Assembly (NCBI GenBank): GCA_012026655.1
Contig: JAAILG010001868.1
Coordinates: 1 to 61,000, forward strand
DNA: 61,000 nucleotides
Reading direction: 5' to 3'
Source of the DNA: Hydrolagus affinis
Lineage: Eukaryota
The stretch's first letter is position 1, and each line of letters starts with the position of its first letter. Below are positions 26,601 through 38,200 of this stretch, piece after piece. Under the pieces are notes generated by a model. The model was not told the origin of the DNA. It saw only the letters and a list, made by a program, of their open reading frames with translations, and searched no databases. A program made the translations under genes and the position numbers.

Positions 26601-29600
26601 GGGCACCACAAACCTATCCCCCCCCACCAAATATAGCTACACGTAAACAGATTACAGCAATAATTTGACTGGAGCCAAGTGAGTTGCTAAGATTCAACCA
26701 CAATAACAACAAAATTGCACTTATATAGTGCCTTTCACGTCAGGAGGACGTCCCAAAGCGCTGAACAGACTGGTCAGGACCCAAGCGGGGGGGTGTGGGG
26801 GTTGAGGGGGGTAGGGGAGGGTCAAAGTAGGAAGAGGGGAAGGAGAGTGGGAGAGGGGAAGAGTTAGTGGGGCAGCCGAAGGTGTGGTCGAAGAGGAAGG
26901 TCTTGAGACTGGCCTCGAAGGAGGAAAGGGAGGAAGCAAGGTGGAAGGGGCTGCGGGATGGAGTTCCACAGTGTGGGAGCAGAGACGCTGAAAGTCCGGC
27001 TGCCGATGGTTGGGCGGTGGATGCGGAGCAGGCCCGAGTCTGCTGAATGGAGGGTGCGGGCAGGCTGTTCGGGAGACAGTAGGTCAGAGAGATAGGCAGG
27101 GGCAAGGCCGTGAATGGCCTTGAAAGTGAGGACAAGTATCTTGAACTCGATCCTCTGGGTGACGGGGAGCCAGTGGAGACAGGGGAGGGTGGGAGTGATG
27201 TGGTCGCGAAGCCTGGTACAGGAGAGTACACGAACGGCAGAATTCTGAATGATCTGCAGCCTGTGAAGGGAGGAGCTAGGGAAGCCGATGAGGAGAGAGT
27301 TCCCGTTGTCGAGCCTGGAGGTGATAGAGGTGTGGATGAGGGTTTCAGAGGTGTGGGGGGTGAAGTAGTGGCGGAGTCTGCCAATATTGCAGAGGTGATG
27401 AAAGGCTGTGCTGGTCATGGAGCGGATGTTTGGGAGGAAGGATAGTTCGGGGTCGAACAAGACACCCAGATTCCTGATCTACTTTGAGAGGTGGAGACAG
27501 CAGCCTTGAACGCTGATGTTGTCAGCACCTGAGGTGCGGAGGCGCTGACATGAGCCAATCAGGAGGGCTTCCGTCTTGTTAACATTGAGTTGTAGAAAAT
27601 TTGCCCTCGTCTAGGACTCGATGTCGGACAGACATGCAGTCAGAACGCCAGTGCTAATGGAAGCGAAGGTTGACATGGATGGGTAGATTTGGGTGTCATC
27701 CGCGTACATATGGAAATTGACCCCATGTCTACGGCTGATGTCGCCCAAGGGGAAAGTGTAGAGGGTGAAGACCAGGGGGCCAAGGACATTCAGACATGAT
27801 TGAAAATCATTTTTAATACTCATTTCAGGTTCCAGTGATATCTAAGTACCTGCCCAGACCACATTGGAACACATTACACTTTCTGAATCCAAGAATCCTT
27901 ACTCTGCAGTGCCTTTTAACAAAACCAAGTCTTCCATAAGGATTCAAAGACAGTAAATTACATTTTGTTCACCATTAACACCCAGTTAACTTGGCTCCTG
28001 TGTGAATGGGGCTCAAACGTTTGTGTTGAGAAATTAAAGTTTTAGAGGCTAATGATTTCCTCGTAAATTGGTCATTTGCTTTATTTGTACATTGATGGTA
28101 TTCCACTGCGGCTAGTTTGTACTCTTATTTTTCACTCTTCTCACTAAAGCTATGGCTGGCAATGGGAGTATTGCTGTATAATAATGATCCTTGCATTTGA
28201 TATAGTGTTTTTTACCTATGTCAAAACACCTAACCAACTCGCAAGATTCACTGTAAAGTTTATTAGCTACATATTTGAAAGCTAATGTGGCTGCTAGTTT
28301 GAGCAGAGCAATGTCCTGCAACAATTATTAGGTGAATGACCCTATTTTTTAACTATCTGTATTCTGTTGTAAGTCCAGACATGGGTTCAAAGTTTCAACT
28401 TGGAGCTTGAACCAAAACCTTTCAACTTAAAGCTAAATATGCTATCAATTCATCCTGGCTGACACCTAATAGTAGCCCTCCAGCACATTGTTCAAGTGCA
28501 TTAACTATGTGTTGTGAGCTGGATGTGATGACCATTGAGTTATTTGACAGTAAAGCAATGCAAGCTGAATCTGATCCTGTTCTTACTTGTTGTCCACACA
28601 TGCACTTCCAACAGAAGTAGTCCTGTAGCTCAGTGGTTAGAGCACTTGCCTTGCAAGCGAAACCTGGGTTTGATTCCAGGCAGGCAGGACGAAACCTTGG
28701 GCAAGTTTCCTTACTCCACTTGCCTGATAATAATCCCTCGAAAAATATAAATGAATGAAAAATTGGTCATTTCAATCCACGACTGTTTGTGGGACATTCC
28801 CATGCGCAATTGGCTGCTGTATTTCACCCACGAGTAGAATCAATTCACTTTACAGTACTCTGTGAAGCGCCTTGAGATGTCTAGAAGACGTGAAAAGCAC
28901 TACATCAAATGCGAGGATCATTATTATTATGTCAGTGAATACTGATGATGAATTGGAATGCGATGATTCTTTCTCTCCATACTTAAGGGTGCAGATAACA
29001 TGGCTCTCAATTCTCTCGGCTTACAGCAACCCCAATAAACAGCTGAGAACTCCCACCATGCCAACAACTTCATAGTTATGCAAGTTAAAATGTAGTGACA
29101 TGCCAGCAATGGTTCACTTACTCACAAAAAGAGCTTTTGAGAGGCTGCATAATCTTTTTCATCCCAACTTTTAATGTACCTATTTAAGATGCCCTTATTC
29201 CCCTTTGTTAACATAGTTGTAAATGTGGTTCATTTGTTCCAGTTTGTGTTGTCTTGTCATGTGTTGATGCAGAGTCTTTTTCATGTGGAGTTGAATTCTA
29301 AAGCTAATATGAAAGATTTTATAGTAACAAAAATGATACAGTAGTAAGTAGAGCCCTTAGACAAGAGTCCATATTTTTTTTCTTAACTTAGTGGGAGATA
29401 GACAAAATAAATGGATGATATGAGTGGCCAGGTCTTCTGTGTATTCATAATAATAACTTGCATTTATATAGCACCCTCCACAATAGACGGCATCTCAGAA
29501 AGGTCTTCAGACATGACCTAAAAACGAAAAAGGAGTGAAGGGATGACATCTCCAAGAGGGAACATGTAGGTACAACAACGAAATTACACTTATAGAGCAC

Positions 29601-31060
29601 CTTCCACGTCGGGAGGACGTCCCAAGGCGCTGAACGGTCAGGTTGGGACCCGAACATGGGAGAGTGGCAGGGTAGGGGGGAGGGGCGGGAGAGTTAGGAG
29701 GGGAGGGAGAGAGTTGGGAGGGAAGCAGAAGGCACGGTCGAAGAGGAGGNNNNNNNNNNNNNNNNNNNNNNNNNNNNNNNNNNNNNNNNNNNNNNNNNNN
29801 NNNNNNNNNNNNNNNNNNNNNNNNNNNNNNNNNNNNNNNNNNNNNNNNNGGGGGGAGTGCAGAGAGATTCATAAGGGGACAACAAGTTGGAGAGTTAGGG
29901 GGAGGCAAGGCCGTGAAAGGCTTTGAAGGTGAGGACAAGGGTCTTGAATTCAATCTTGAAGGCGAGGAAGGTGAGAAACATTTCCAAGGATGGATCCTTG
30001 GGGTACCCCGCAGGTGACCGGATGAGAGCAAGAGAAAAAACCGTTTGCAGAGATGTACTGCTGGCAGTTTGTGAGGTAGGACTCAAACCGAGCGAGTGCA
30101 GTCCCACTGAGGTGGATGATGGAGGACAGGCGGTGGAGGAGGATGGCGTGATCGACTATGTCAAAGGCGGCAGAGAGGTCAAGGAGGCAGAGAGGACATA
30201 GTTTGTGACTGTATTGTGGGCAGGGTGGAAGCCGGCCTCGAAGGGTTCATATAGGTTGTGGAGGGAATAGAAAGTTTTTTTTTAATTACTAAAGTTCAAA
30301 ACCATTTGCGAGCATGAATAAAGCAAGTTTTATGTCCGATAAATTTGGATATTTGGGAACCAAAATTGTTTTTGCAGAGTAGAACAATTTTGCTCATAAA
30401 TTGTGAGAGGAGGGCAGGGCTAAAATTAATGTAGTAAATAGAGAGAAGTTTTAATATGGCTACGGTTATCTCCTTGCAGCATAAAGATTTTCTCTTGTAG
30501 GTTTGTTTTGAAGTAAGGTAAACATGTCAATCGACAAATTTGGTGGGAAAAATCTGTTAAAAGTACAAAATTACCAGTATATATAGTTGTGCAAAATATG
30601 TTTGCATTTGTTTCAGTACAATTCTGAAGTATTTCAATTCTTAGAAAAATGGCAATCAGACAAAAAAATCCAGATCTGACAAAAATGTGTTAGATAATTA
30701 TATCAATATTATCTTCCTTAAAAATCAAAGTGAGATAGAAGCAACTTTGTAAGATTAGTTGCTAATCATTGAACTGAGTACAATATGCCTGGTTGAGGCC
30801 AATAGGCACAGTATGTTACCACAGAATTACCACTGACACTTTAAATATCTTAATATAGCAACATAGTAATTTGTTTTAATAGGTATCAATGTACAATGAT
30901 ATAGTTGGAAGGAAATTGCTGGATATTATAAATCTGTGCAGGTAGCATCACATCATTTATGCACGTATTTTTTCCAGAGGAACTAATGCAAAAATCGCAG
31001 CCCCAAGAAATATCTAATGAAAGTGATGACAGTTCTGCACAAGAGATCAATGATAAATGA
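20607..31060 (+). CDS. SLC10A1: Sodium/bile acid cotransporter NTCP (SLC10A1), spliced CDS
   Basis: Exons with GT-AG boundaries and consistent phase: 20607-21022 ([44 protein letters not shown]), 23716-23917 ([35 protein letters not shown]), 24780-24958 ([18 protein letters not shown]), 25507-25709 ([19 protein letters not shown]). The last exon is tentative: 30942-31060 is in frame (..[27 protein letters not shown]) and is followed by AATAAA at 31076. Motifs match the SLC10 family; tail-to-tail position with SRSF5 is the known SLC10A1 synteny. Confidence 0.92.
25115..25410 (+). mobile_element. 5'-truncated SINE of the dominant family
   Basis: Body and (TTA)n tail match. Similar partial copies at about 2030-2180, 5090-5235, 6340-6500, 9121-9290, 11425-11560, 21435-21553, 25935-26210, 28180-28330, 35700-35830, 42960-43075 and 60255-60440. 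Confidence 0.85.
26700..27790 (-). mobile_element. L2 LINE 3' fragment (RT) in SLC10A1 intron 4
   Basis: [20 protein letters not shown], then [42 protein letters not shown]; (TTG/TTA)n tail at the left end. Confidence 0.92.
28619..28930 (+). mobile_element. Full-length tRNA-derived SINE with L2-type tail (dominant family in this window)
   Basis: tRNA-like head gtcctgtagctcagtggttagagc..gggtttgattcc with A and B boxes; body caattcactttacagta..gtgaagcgc; tail (TTA)n. Confidence 0.9.
29447..30270 (-). mobile_element. Rearranged L2 LINE fragments spanning an assembly gap
   Basis: L2-type tails at about 29447-29505 and 29572-29640; [17 protein letters not shown] motif; DLSAAFD-type RT motif near 30150-30185. 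Confidence 0.8.
29750..29849. other. Assembly gap (100 N)
   Basis: Run of N inside an L2 fragment. Confidence 1.
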
Positions 31061-31145
31061 TTCCAATGAACCATTAATAAAGTCGAAGTTTAATTACTTC
31101 ATAATGAGCATTCATAAATATCCAGTACTGCTTTTCTTTGTAATA

Positions 31146-31456
31146 CAGTAAAACCTTGATAATCCGACATTCCGAAAGCCGGCAACTCCCTAAAACCGGC
31201 AAGATTTCAAAATACAAACAGCATTAATTATTTTCTGATGTGCGGCAAATCTCATGAAGTTTGGAACGGCTGCTTGCAGTTCATGCTGGCGTCGGGTGCT
31301 CAAGGTTTTTTTTCCCCTTCAGTGCTGTGTTTAAGCACACATGGTGTATGTAGCGGCACTTCCCCAGCCATTTCTATGTAGTTTCTAAATACCGGCAAAC
31401 TCCGAAATCCGGGAGGTGAGTGGGCCCAACAGTGCCAGATTATCGAGGTCTTACTG
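31146..31456. mobile_element. Tc1/mariner (Tigger/pogo-like) MITE
   Basis: About 25-bp imperfect TIRs cagtaaaaccttgataatccgacat / gtgccagattatcgaggtcttactg, flanked by TA on both sides. Confidence 0.85.
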
Positions 31457-32293
31457 TAAAGTTGTAGATTGAAACCTGAGAGTAGGGATACCAGCCCACC
31501 CTCCTACAACAGCTGGTTACTAATGGACCGGCTTTACAGCATGTACTTCCAATAGCTTAGGTCTGGATAGAGTGCTCACATGCAGGTCCTGAGAAAGGCA
31601 GTGATTATTGATGATTGAGTCTGAATGCTCCCTATAATTAAAACATTCCCACCCTGCTCCCCATCCTATCAACCTTTTGACAAATGATCACAGCACTGGC
31701 TAGAGCTGCAGCAACATTCATTTCAACACCATCTCATAGAATCAGAAAATGGAAATGACACAAAGTGCAGACTCCTATGCTTTAAGAAGCAGGTATCTAC
31801 TGTGTTTTTTTTCTTTAGGAGTTATATTTATCTGAGGGACTGGCCACCTAATCACAGTGGGGAAAAAAATCTGCATTACAGAGTAGTCTTGGATCACAGT
31901 AAAGGTTTGGACACCACATTGCCATTTGTTAGCATTTTTTGTTAAAAATACTGATATTTCAGAAGTGTGTAACCTAATCACTGTCACATACACCAACTAA
32001 TAACTGTCTAATCTACTTAAAAGGAGTACATCAGAGAAATGTAATTTACACCATTACATTTAATACCAAAAAGTAAAAGATACAAATTTAGATTCCTCTC
32101 TAAAGAAAGCGAAGCAAACAAATAAAGGAGCATTTCAAATATGTGACAAGTCAAGTGAAAATACTTCAGTAAATGCAAGTATTGCAGTTAACCAACTTAA
32201 AATTTGCATTTCTCAAACAAATTCACTTCTTTACATATTTCACATCAACTTTTGCTCACTCGTGTCAAAGTCCACTTTGCTATATTAACGTAC

Positions 32294-35200
32294 TCAATCC
32301 GTGCTTTCACCAGAAGGCGATCGTGTGCGTGACCTTACATGATCCCCAGACGCCAAAGAGGAATGGCCTCTCTGTTCCTTAGGAGGAACAGGTGATCTAC
32401 TCTCAGAGCGTGACCGGCTACGGCTTCGACTCCTGGACCGACTGTACGACTTGCGGCCCCTGGAGCGAGATCTGGAAGAACTTCGACTGCGAGATCGAGA
32501 CCTGCTGCGAGATCTGAAATTATAAAGCGAGTGAATGATTTGAACCGACAGAAATGTTGAGAGATATTCTATCAGCATTAGTTGTATAAAGCATTACAAG
32601 TTTTTGTTTAAATTCAATTCTATCCATCTTACATCCTATCACCTAAATGGGGGTGGGAAGAAGGAAAGAAAACGGATATACAGTCAACACTGTCATTACA
32701 ACCACGGGCAGAGAAGCAAACGCAGCAGGACACAGAGGAAAATGAAATTGTCAAATGTTGATTTACCTGTATTGTTTACGTTCTTCAATGAGTCTGATCT
32801 TCCTTCCATTGAGCTCTGTGCCAGATAGCTTGTCAAGAGCATTCTTCACATCACTGTATGAGGCAAACTCAACAATCCTATCAAAGAAACACAGTGGAGT
32901 TTTTAAAGTTAGGACCATTTCAACAGCCATGTTTTCTTTCCCTGACATACTAGTTTTATAGATCCAGTCAATGCTGTATCTGGTTTCAGCTACTGGACGT
33001 CCCAACTGAACAAATGTTAAGATCTTACAACAGCAGCAGAAAGGAAGTCGGAGTATATGTGAACAATACGATCGATTTACCAGTCAATTCTCTTCAAAAC
33101 CAATCAATTGAGCAGCAGATCCCCTTCCATTCAAATGGGAAACAAATCAATAAACCTCCATCTATGATTTCAGAAATTTATTTGGTTATTTCTGATTAGC
33201 AGCTTGGAACATCCTCCCAACATGAAATGCGCTATACAAATGTGGTATTGTTTTTGAAATGCCTGCGATTCTTACTGTGCTCAAAGCCCATGCCTGAATT
33301 TGATTAAAATGTAAAATTTAAAGTATAAATCAAATGCAAGTATATTTCTAAATATAAGCACGATAGAATTAAAATCAGTTAATGGCCAAATGAAAATTTA
33401 GTAGAAAAGTGAGATAATCAATTTTGAAATGAAGAAATTCACTGCATGAAAACAGAGAATATATCCATTCATGTTTATGCACAAGTAGAAATCAGTTAAT
33501 TGGCCAGTCAAGAGTTAGTTTGTTACAAATGCATTCAATTTGAATACCTTAAAATGTTGGTTGCAAAGTTTAAAGATTCCTCCCACCAGGATCAAGCAAA
33601 CGGTATCCTCACAGTGGCCATTAATCCACCATGAATGCTTACTTTTGATGAATGGCTTTCCTATGCGTCAGGACAGAATTTGGTTTCCGTGTTACATTGA
33701 GACACTGTCTTTCCTTATCCTGGAATATTGCAATCCAAATATCTAATCAGGTAATTATTTCTACAAGAATAATATCCTATTTCCATTAATAGATTTGGGT
33801 TACTGAGACTTGTATTTTTACTGTTGAATCGGGAAGCCCCACAATATCTGAGCAACGTGGACTGCTGAGGTATGAACTAGGCACTTCCTCCAAGAGGAAG
33901 GTGGGATAATTGAAGGAATATATTTGTCAGGTTGCTATTAGGAACCATCCAACAGCTGGTATCTGAGCTGCATTATCAGCACATTTGGTACCTCACACCC
34001 ACATATATTGTAAACCACAGATATTTTAAAATCCATTTCTTATAATAACTTACCCTTCATTTAGTTTGTGCCTATGCGCATCTGCAAAGGTAACTTCTCC
34101 AGCTTGTCTCATAAAATCTTTCAGGTCCTACATAAGACCAGATTAGTTAGGTAAAACAAAGCATGTTAACATACGTATACTATCATTTTCCAATGTAGAT
34201 CACTGGAAAAGCAAGCAAAAAAATACACAAATCTGATATCAAAATTTATATTACCTTCCTGACCATTCCCTAGGCTATTCAACCAGCCAAATGCAACAAG
34301 GATTCGCAGACGTACCACCACGATTGAAGACCAGATGGTTGTCTTCACCACCCGCTTGTCTGACACTACCCATTCGATGCGAGCCTTCCTGGACATCAAT
34401 CACCCTCCCTTAAAGGAAGAGTCTGGCATTGCCATAGGAACCAAGCACTGCTACTCTTGCGCCGTGACCAAGGACTTCTCGACTCACTCCAATCGAGCTT
34501 CCAACCAACCCAACTAGCGAATTTCGCTCATTCTTTCAATCAAGGACCTCATTTTAGAGCTGGCTCTCAGAACGCTCGGCTTTAGGGCACCTTGTTACCA
34601 GCATTTTCAGGCATCCAGCAAGGAAAACGGCACTAAACCCAGTGCCCATCATTGTTGATCAGACCACCACACACAGATCTAGATCACCAATTGACTGAAA
34701 CATAGGAGCGGACTGGCAATTCAACTAGGCCCACCAAGAAACCGAGCCAGAGCGATTAGGAAAACCAACGACACTCCTCGTCACAAGGCCAACGACAATG
34801 AGAGGCTGGTAAATAAAGGTTTTAACACTTGGTTAAATTTCAGAAATATTTGAACATTAAAAACTGAATAAAAATACATCTTAGTTGCAAGGTTAATAGA
34901 CAATCAATTTTTTTTAAAAAGCAACAGTACTTAAATTAATCTGGAAGACAATTAAAGTTTGCCCCCATTTTATTTAAACATTGCTTCCCCCACCCCCTTC
35001 ATTAAGTCTCATTATACATTCAGTAATTTTGAAACACAATCGCAACAGCATATACAAAAGAAAGGAAATCTAGGTAAAACATAGGTTAAGAGGGAAATGA
35101 AACCAGTCACAGGCACTGTGTCCCCTTAATATTTTCCATAATGGAGATCATAAGATCTTTATGTAAATTCTCTGTTCTGTCCCCTTTTAAGCTTTGTGCA

Positions 35201-38200
35201 CAAAATGTGTGCCATTCTGTTATTTTAGCTTTTGTCCAAAATTAGTAATATTGCATAATTTCTAATGAGTTACACACCCCATGGGATGAATCGGTGAAAC
35301 ATTTAATGTCATAAACTTGCTCAGGACTGGGGAGGTAACCTAGGCTTTACATAATTCCTGTTGTTTTGAACAGCTACATGTGCTTGCAATTATTCAAATT
35401 ATTAACATTATCTTAAATTCACAAAATCGAGATCTGGAATACTTTATACATGCATAAACATAGCTATTTAGCTAACACCTGGCAATGCCCCTCTAAAATA
35501 TCAAATTAAATTGTTGGTTATATTTAAGTTTTAGCAATCCACATAAAACTGGTCATTTAAATATAGAACAATCATATTTCCACACAACATACCTGCCAGC
35601 TAACTCTGGAAGATAAATTCTCAACAATCACTCGGTTTTCTGTACGAACTGGAGGTCCATTTCTGAAATGGAGAATTGTATGTTATGAGATGTCTCGACG
35701 AAGTGATAAGCTATATTATTATTCTGCCCACAAAATATACAGTCAATTCACTTTACAGAATATTCTGTGACATGTTTGGAGACACCTAGAAGACATGAAA
35801 AGCGCTATATCAAATACAAGGTTTATTATTGTTATAGCTGTAGAGAAGATTAATGATCGGATAAGGAAACAGGTCATTAGATAACACACTGGAGAAACCC
35901 TTTTTGCCTCTCTCAGGCCCTAGTCCTACCAAAGAACAAATTCTGTATAGACTGAGATCATCCCACACCGTGTATACCAGTGGTCAAACCTGCGACATTT
36001 TGTAGTGAGTTATTCAGACTAGATATCACCCAACATTTAACACTGTGACCATTATGGGTACAGAACGACCACAGTATGTTCAAATAACATTTTGTGTGAT
36101 GACACATTTTGAAATAGACAAAATATCCAGTGCATTATTTCCACTTTCGCAACTACCATTCAAAGTCTAGCTTCTATCACGTTACTATTTTGTTTTGATA
36201 TTGAAGGGAAGAAAGCACCAACAGTCTCACCTTCCTCCACCACGAGGACGGAGTTGACCAAATCGATATCGTCCTGGTCCTCGCCCACCTCCCCCCCTAC
36301 GTGCTCTAGCATGTTCCACTGTAACTCTGTAGGGAAAAAAAGTATCCATCGGTGTAGAATGCAGTCAGCTACGTTTTACTAATAACTAATAGCGTTTTAT
36401 AAACCTTCAGTTTTATTTGTGATGTGCTTACCTTTCATTACATAACTCTTTTCCATCCAGTTCATAAACTGCATCCTCTGCATCTCTGTAATCTTCAAAC
36501 TCCTAAATACAAACAACAAAACATTTTCAAATATAAGGAATTTAATTTTCAGTTATAGTTAAAACACTAAAAAAAAGCAAAGGATTTATGATGTTAGAAA
36601 CTCAATAGTTCCTGATTTAAAACTGACAGAACTCTATGAAACCAGCGATTATAGGCCATTTGCTTTGACATGAATAAAAATACTTCATGAAGACATTGTG
36701 AGCAATTCAAAAACAATTATTAAAGGCACATACACACGGAACAGATCGTATTTTATTTACTTTTTGTGGGGACAGCTGGCAGAAACTCAACATCATGCTT
36801 AAGAGTATCCAAACCAGACAGTTCCACATATGCATGCTACCTACACACGGAAATGTCCAAGTATGGAATGGAATGAGCACTACACTTACTTAATTCCAGA
36901 GAGCGTTGGGTAGTTTGGCAAAAGCCAAGGTTTGGAGTTCCCACAGCATGTGCTGGAATTTAACCAACTAAAACCACACCATTGGACACATTGTCTTGAC
37001 AACTTCCCCCTCTTTGTCCAGCTAGGCCCACTCCACCCATTAATGCTTTGGCCTGCAGGGTTAACATGGGCTAAGTAGGAAACATCCCCAATTCCGGATT
37101 GTCATCAGTTTTTGAATTGCTCACAATGTCTTCATGAACTATTTTTACTCCTGGAGTATTGCGGATCCACCTGATTCAACAACTGGATTACCGTGACCGG
37201 CAAGATTAATGATTCAATTTCAATACCTCATTGCCAAGCACATACCTTGGGAGTCAGCTCCCTTTAAGGATATTTGCTAGTTAATGTGGATAAAATATCT
37301 GCATTTTCATTTACTATTTCTCAATAATAAAGTGTATCAAAGCAGCTTAAAGCATACCAGTAGGGCCAGCATAGATGACCATCCACTTTCTTTGGGAAAT
37401 AAGGCACTTAAAAATAGCAAACTGAATCAATTCAAGGGACACACTGTCCAAACTTTCCGATCTTGAAGATATTTAAAACCCAAATGTATTTCTCTTCTTG
37501 CAAAATACTTTTACTCAACGGACAAACTAAAAGGACTTGTTGACAAAACAGATCCAAAGGAAATATGGCACATTCCTAGGTGCCAAACAGGAGGAGCTGA
37601 GGTAGGAGAACTTCAAATGTACTGTATCCATGGCCATCTCCTCAATGAGGTTATAGACTTAAACCAGCAAAAGTCCCCAAGAGACAATAAACTTTCAACT
37701 CCTATTCTCAAAATTGTCAAAGCAAAAACAATTCTAGCATAATGGTCCCCTTTGAACATTTATTTTTGGAATATTGAATAAGGAATAATAATACTAATCC
37801 TCGCATTTGATATAGCGACTTATCATATCTTCTAGATGTCTCAAAGCATATATTGTAAAGTGAATTGACTGCATATTTTGGGGGCGAAATGTGGCAGCCA
37901 ATTGTGCACAGCAGTGTGCCACCAACAATTGTGCATTGAGTGATCACATTATCATTTTATTTTTTTCCAAAGAATTATTATTCCCAGAAAATGATCTGTC
38001 ACCCAACTAACAACTGGGTTCTCACTTACTGCTAGGAAAACAGAGACTTGTGGAGTAAGGAAACATGCCCAACCTTTCACCCTTCCTGAAAATTAAACCC
38101 AGTTCTCTACCTTATGAGACAATTGCTCTAACCACTAAGTTACAGGACTCCACATTGGGGTCAGTAGCCATAACATAGCTACGATTCCCTGCTTGGAAAC

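Noticed and set aside
28619-28690. tRNA-Ala-like gene
   Set aside because: It is the head of a SINE, continuous with body and tail and repeated in many copies.
34255-34805. Intronic snoRNA or miRNA as the explanation for conservation
   Set aside because: No convincing C/D or H/ACA arrangement seen, and conservation is bounded by splice sites. An Rfam/Infernal scan would settle it.
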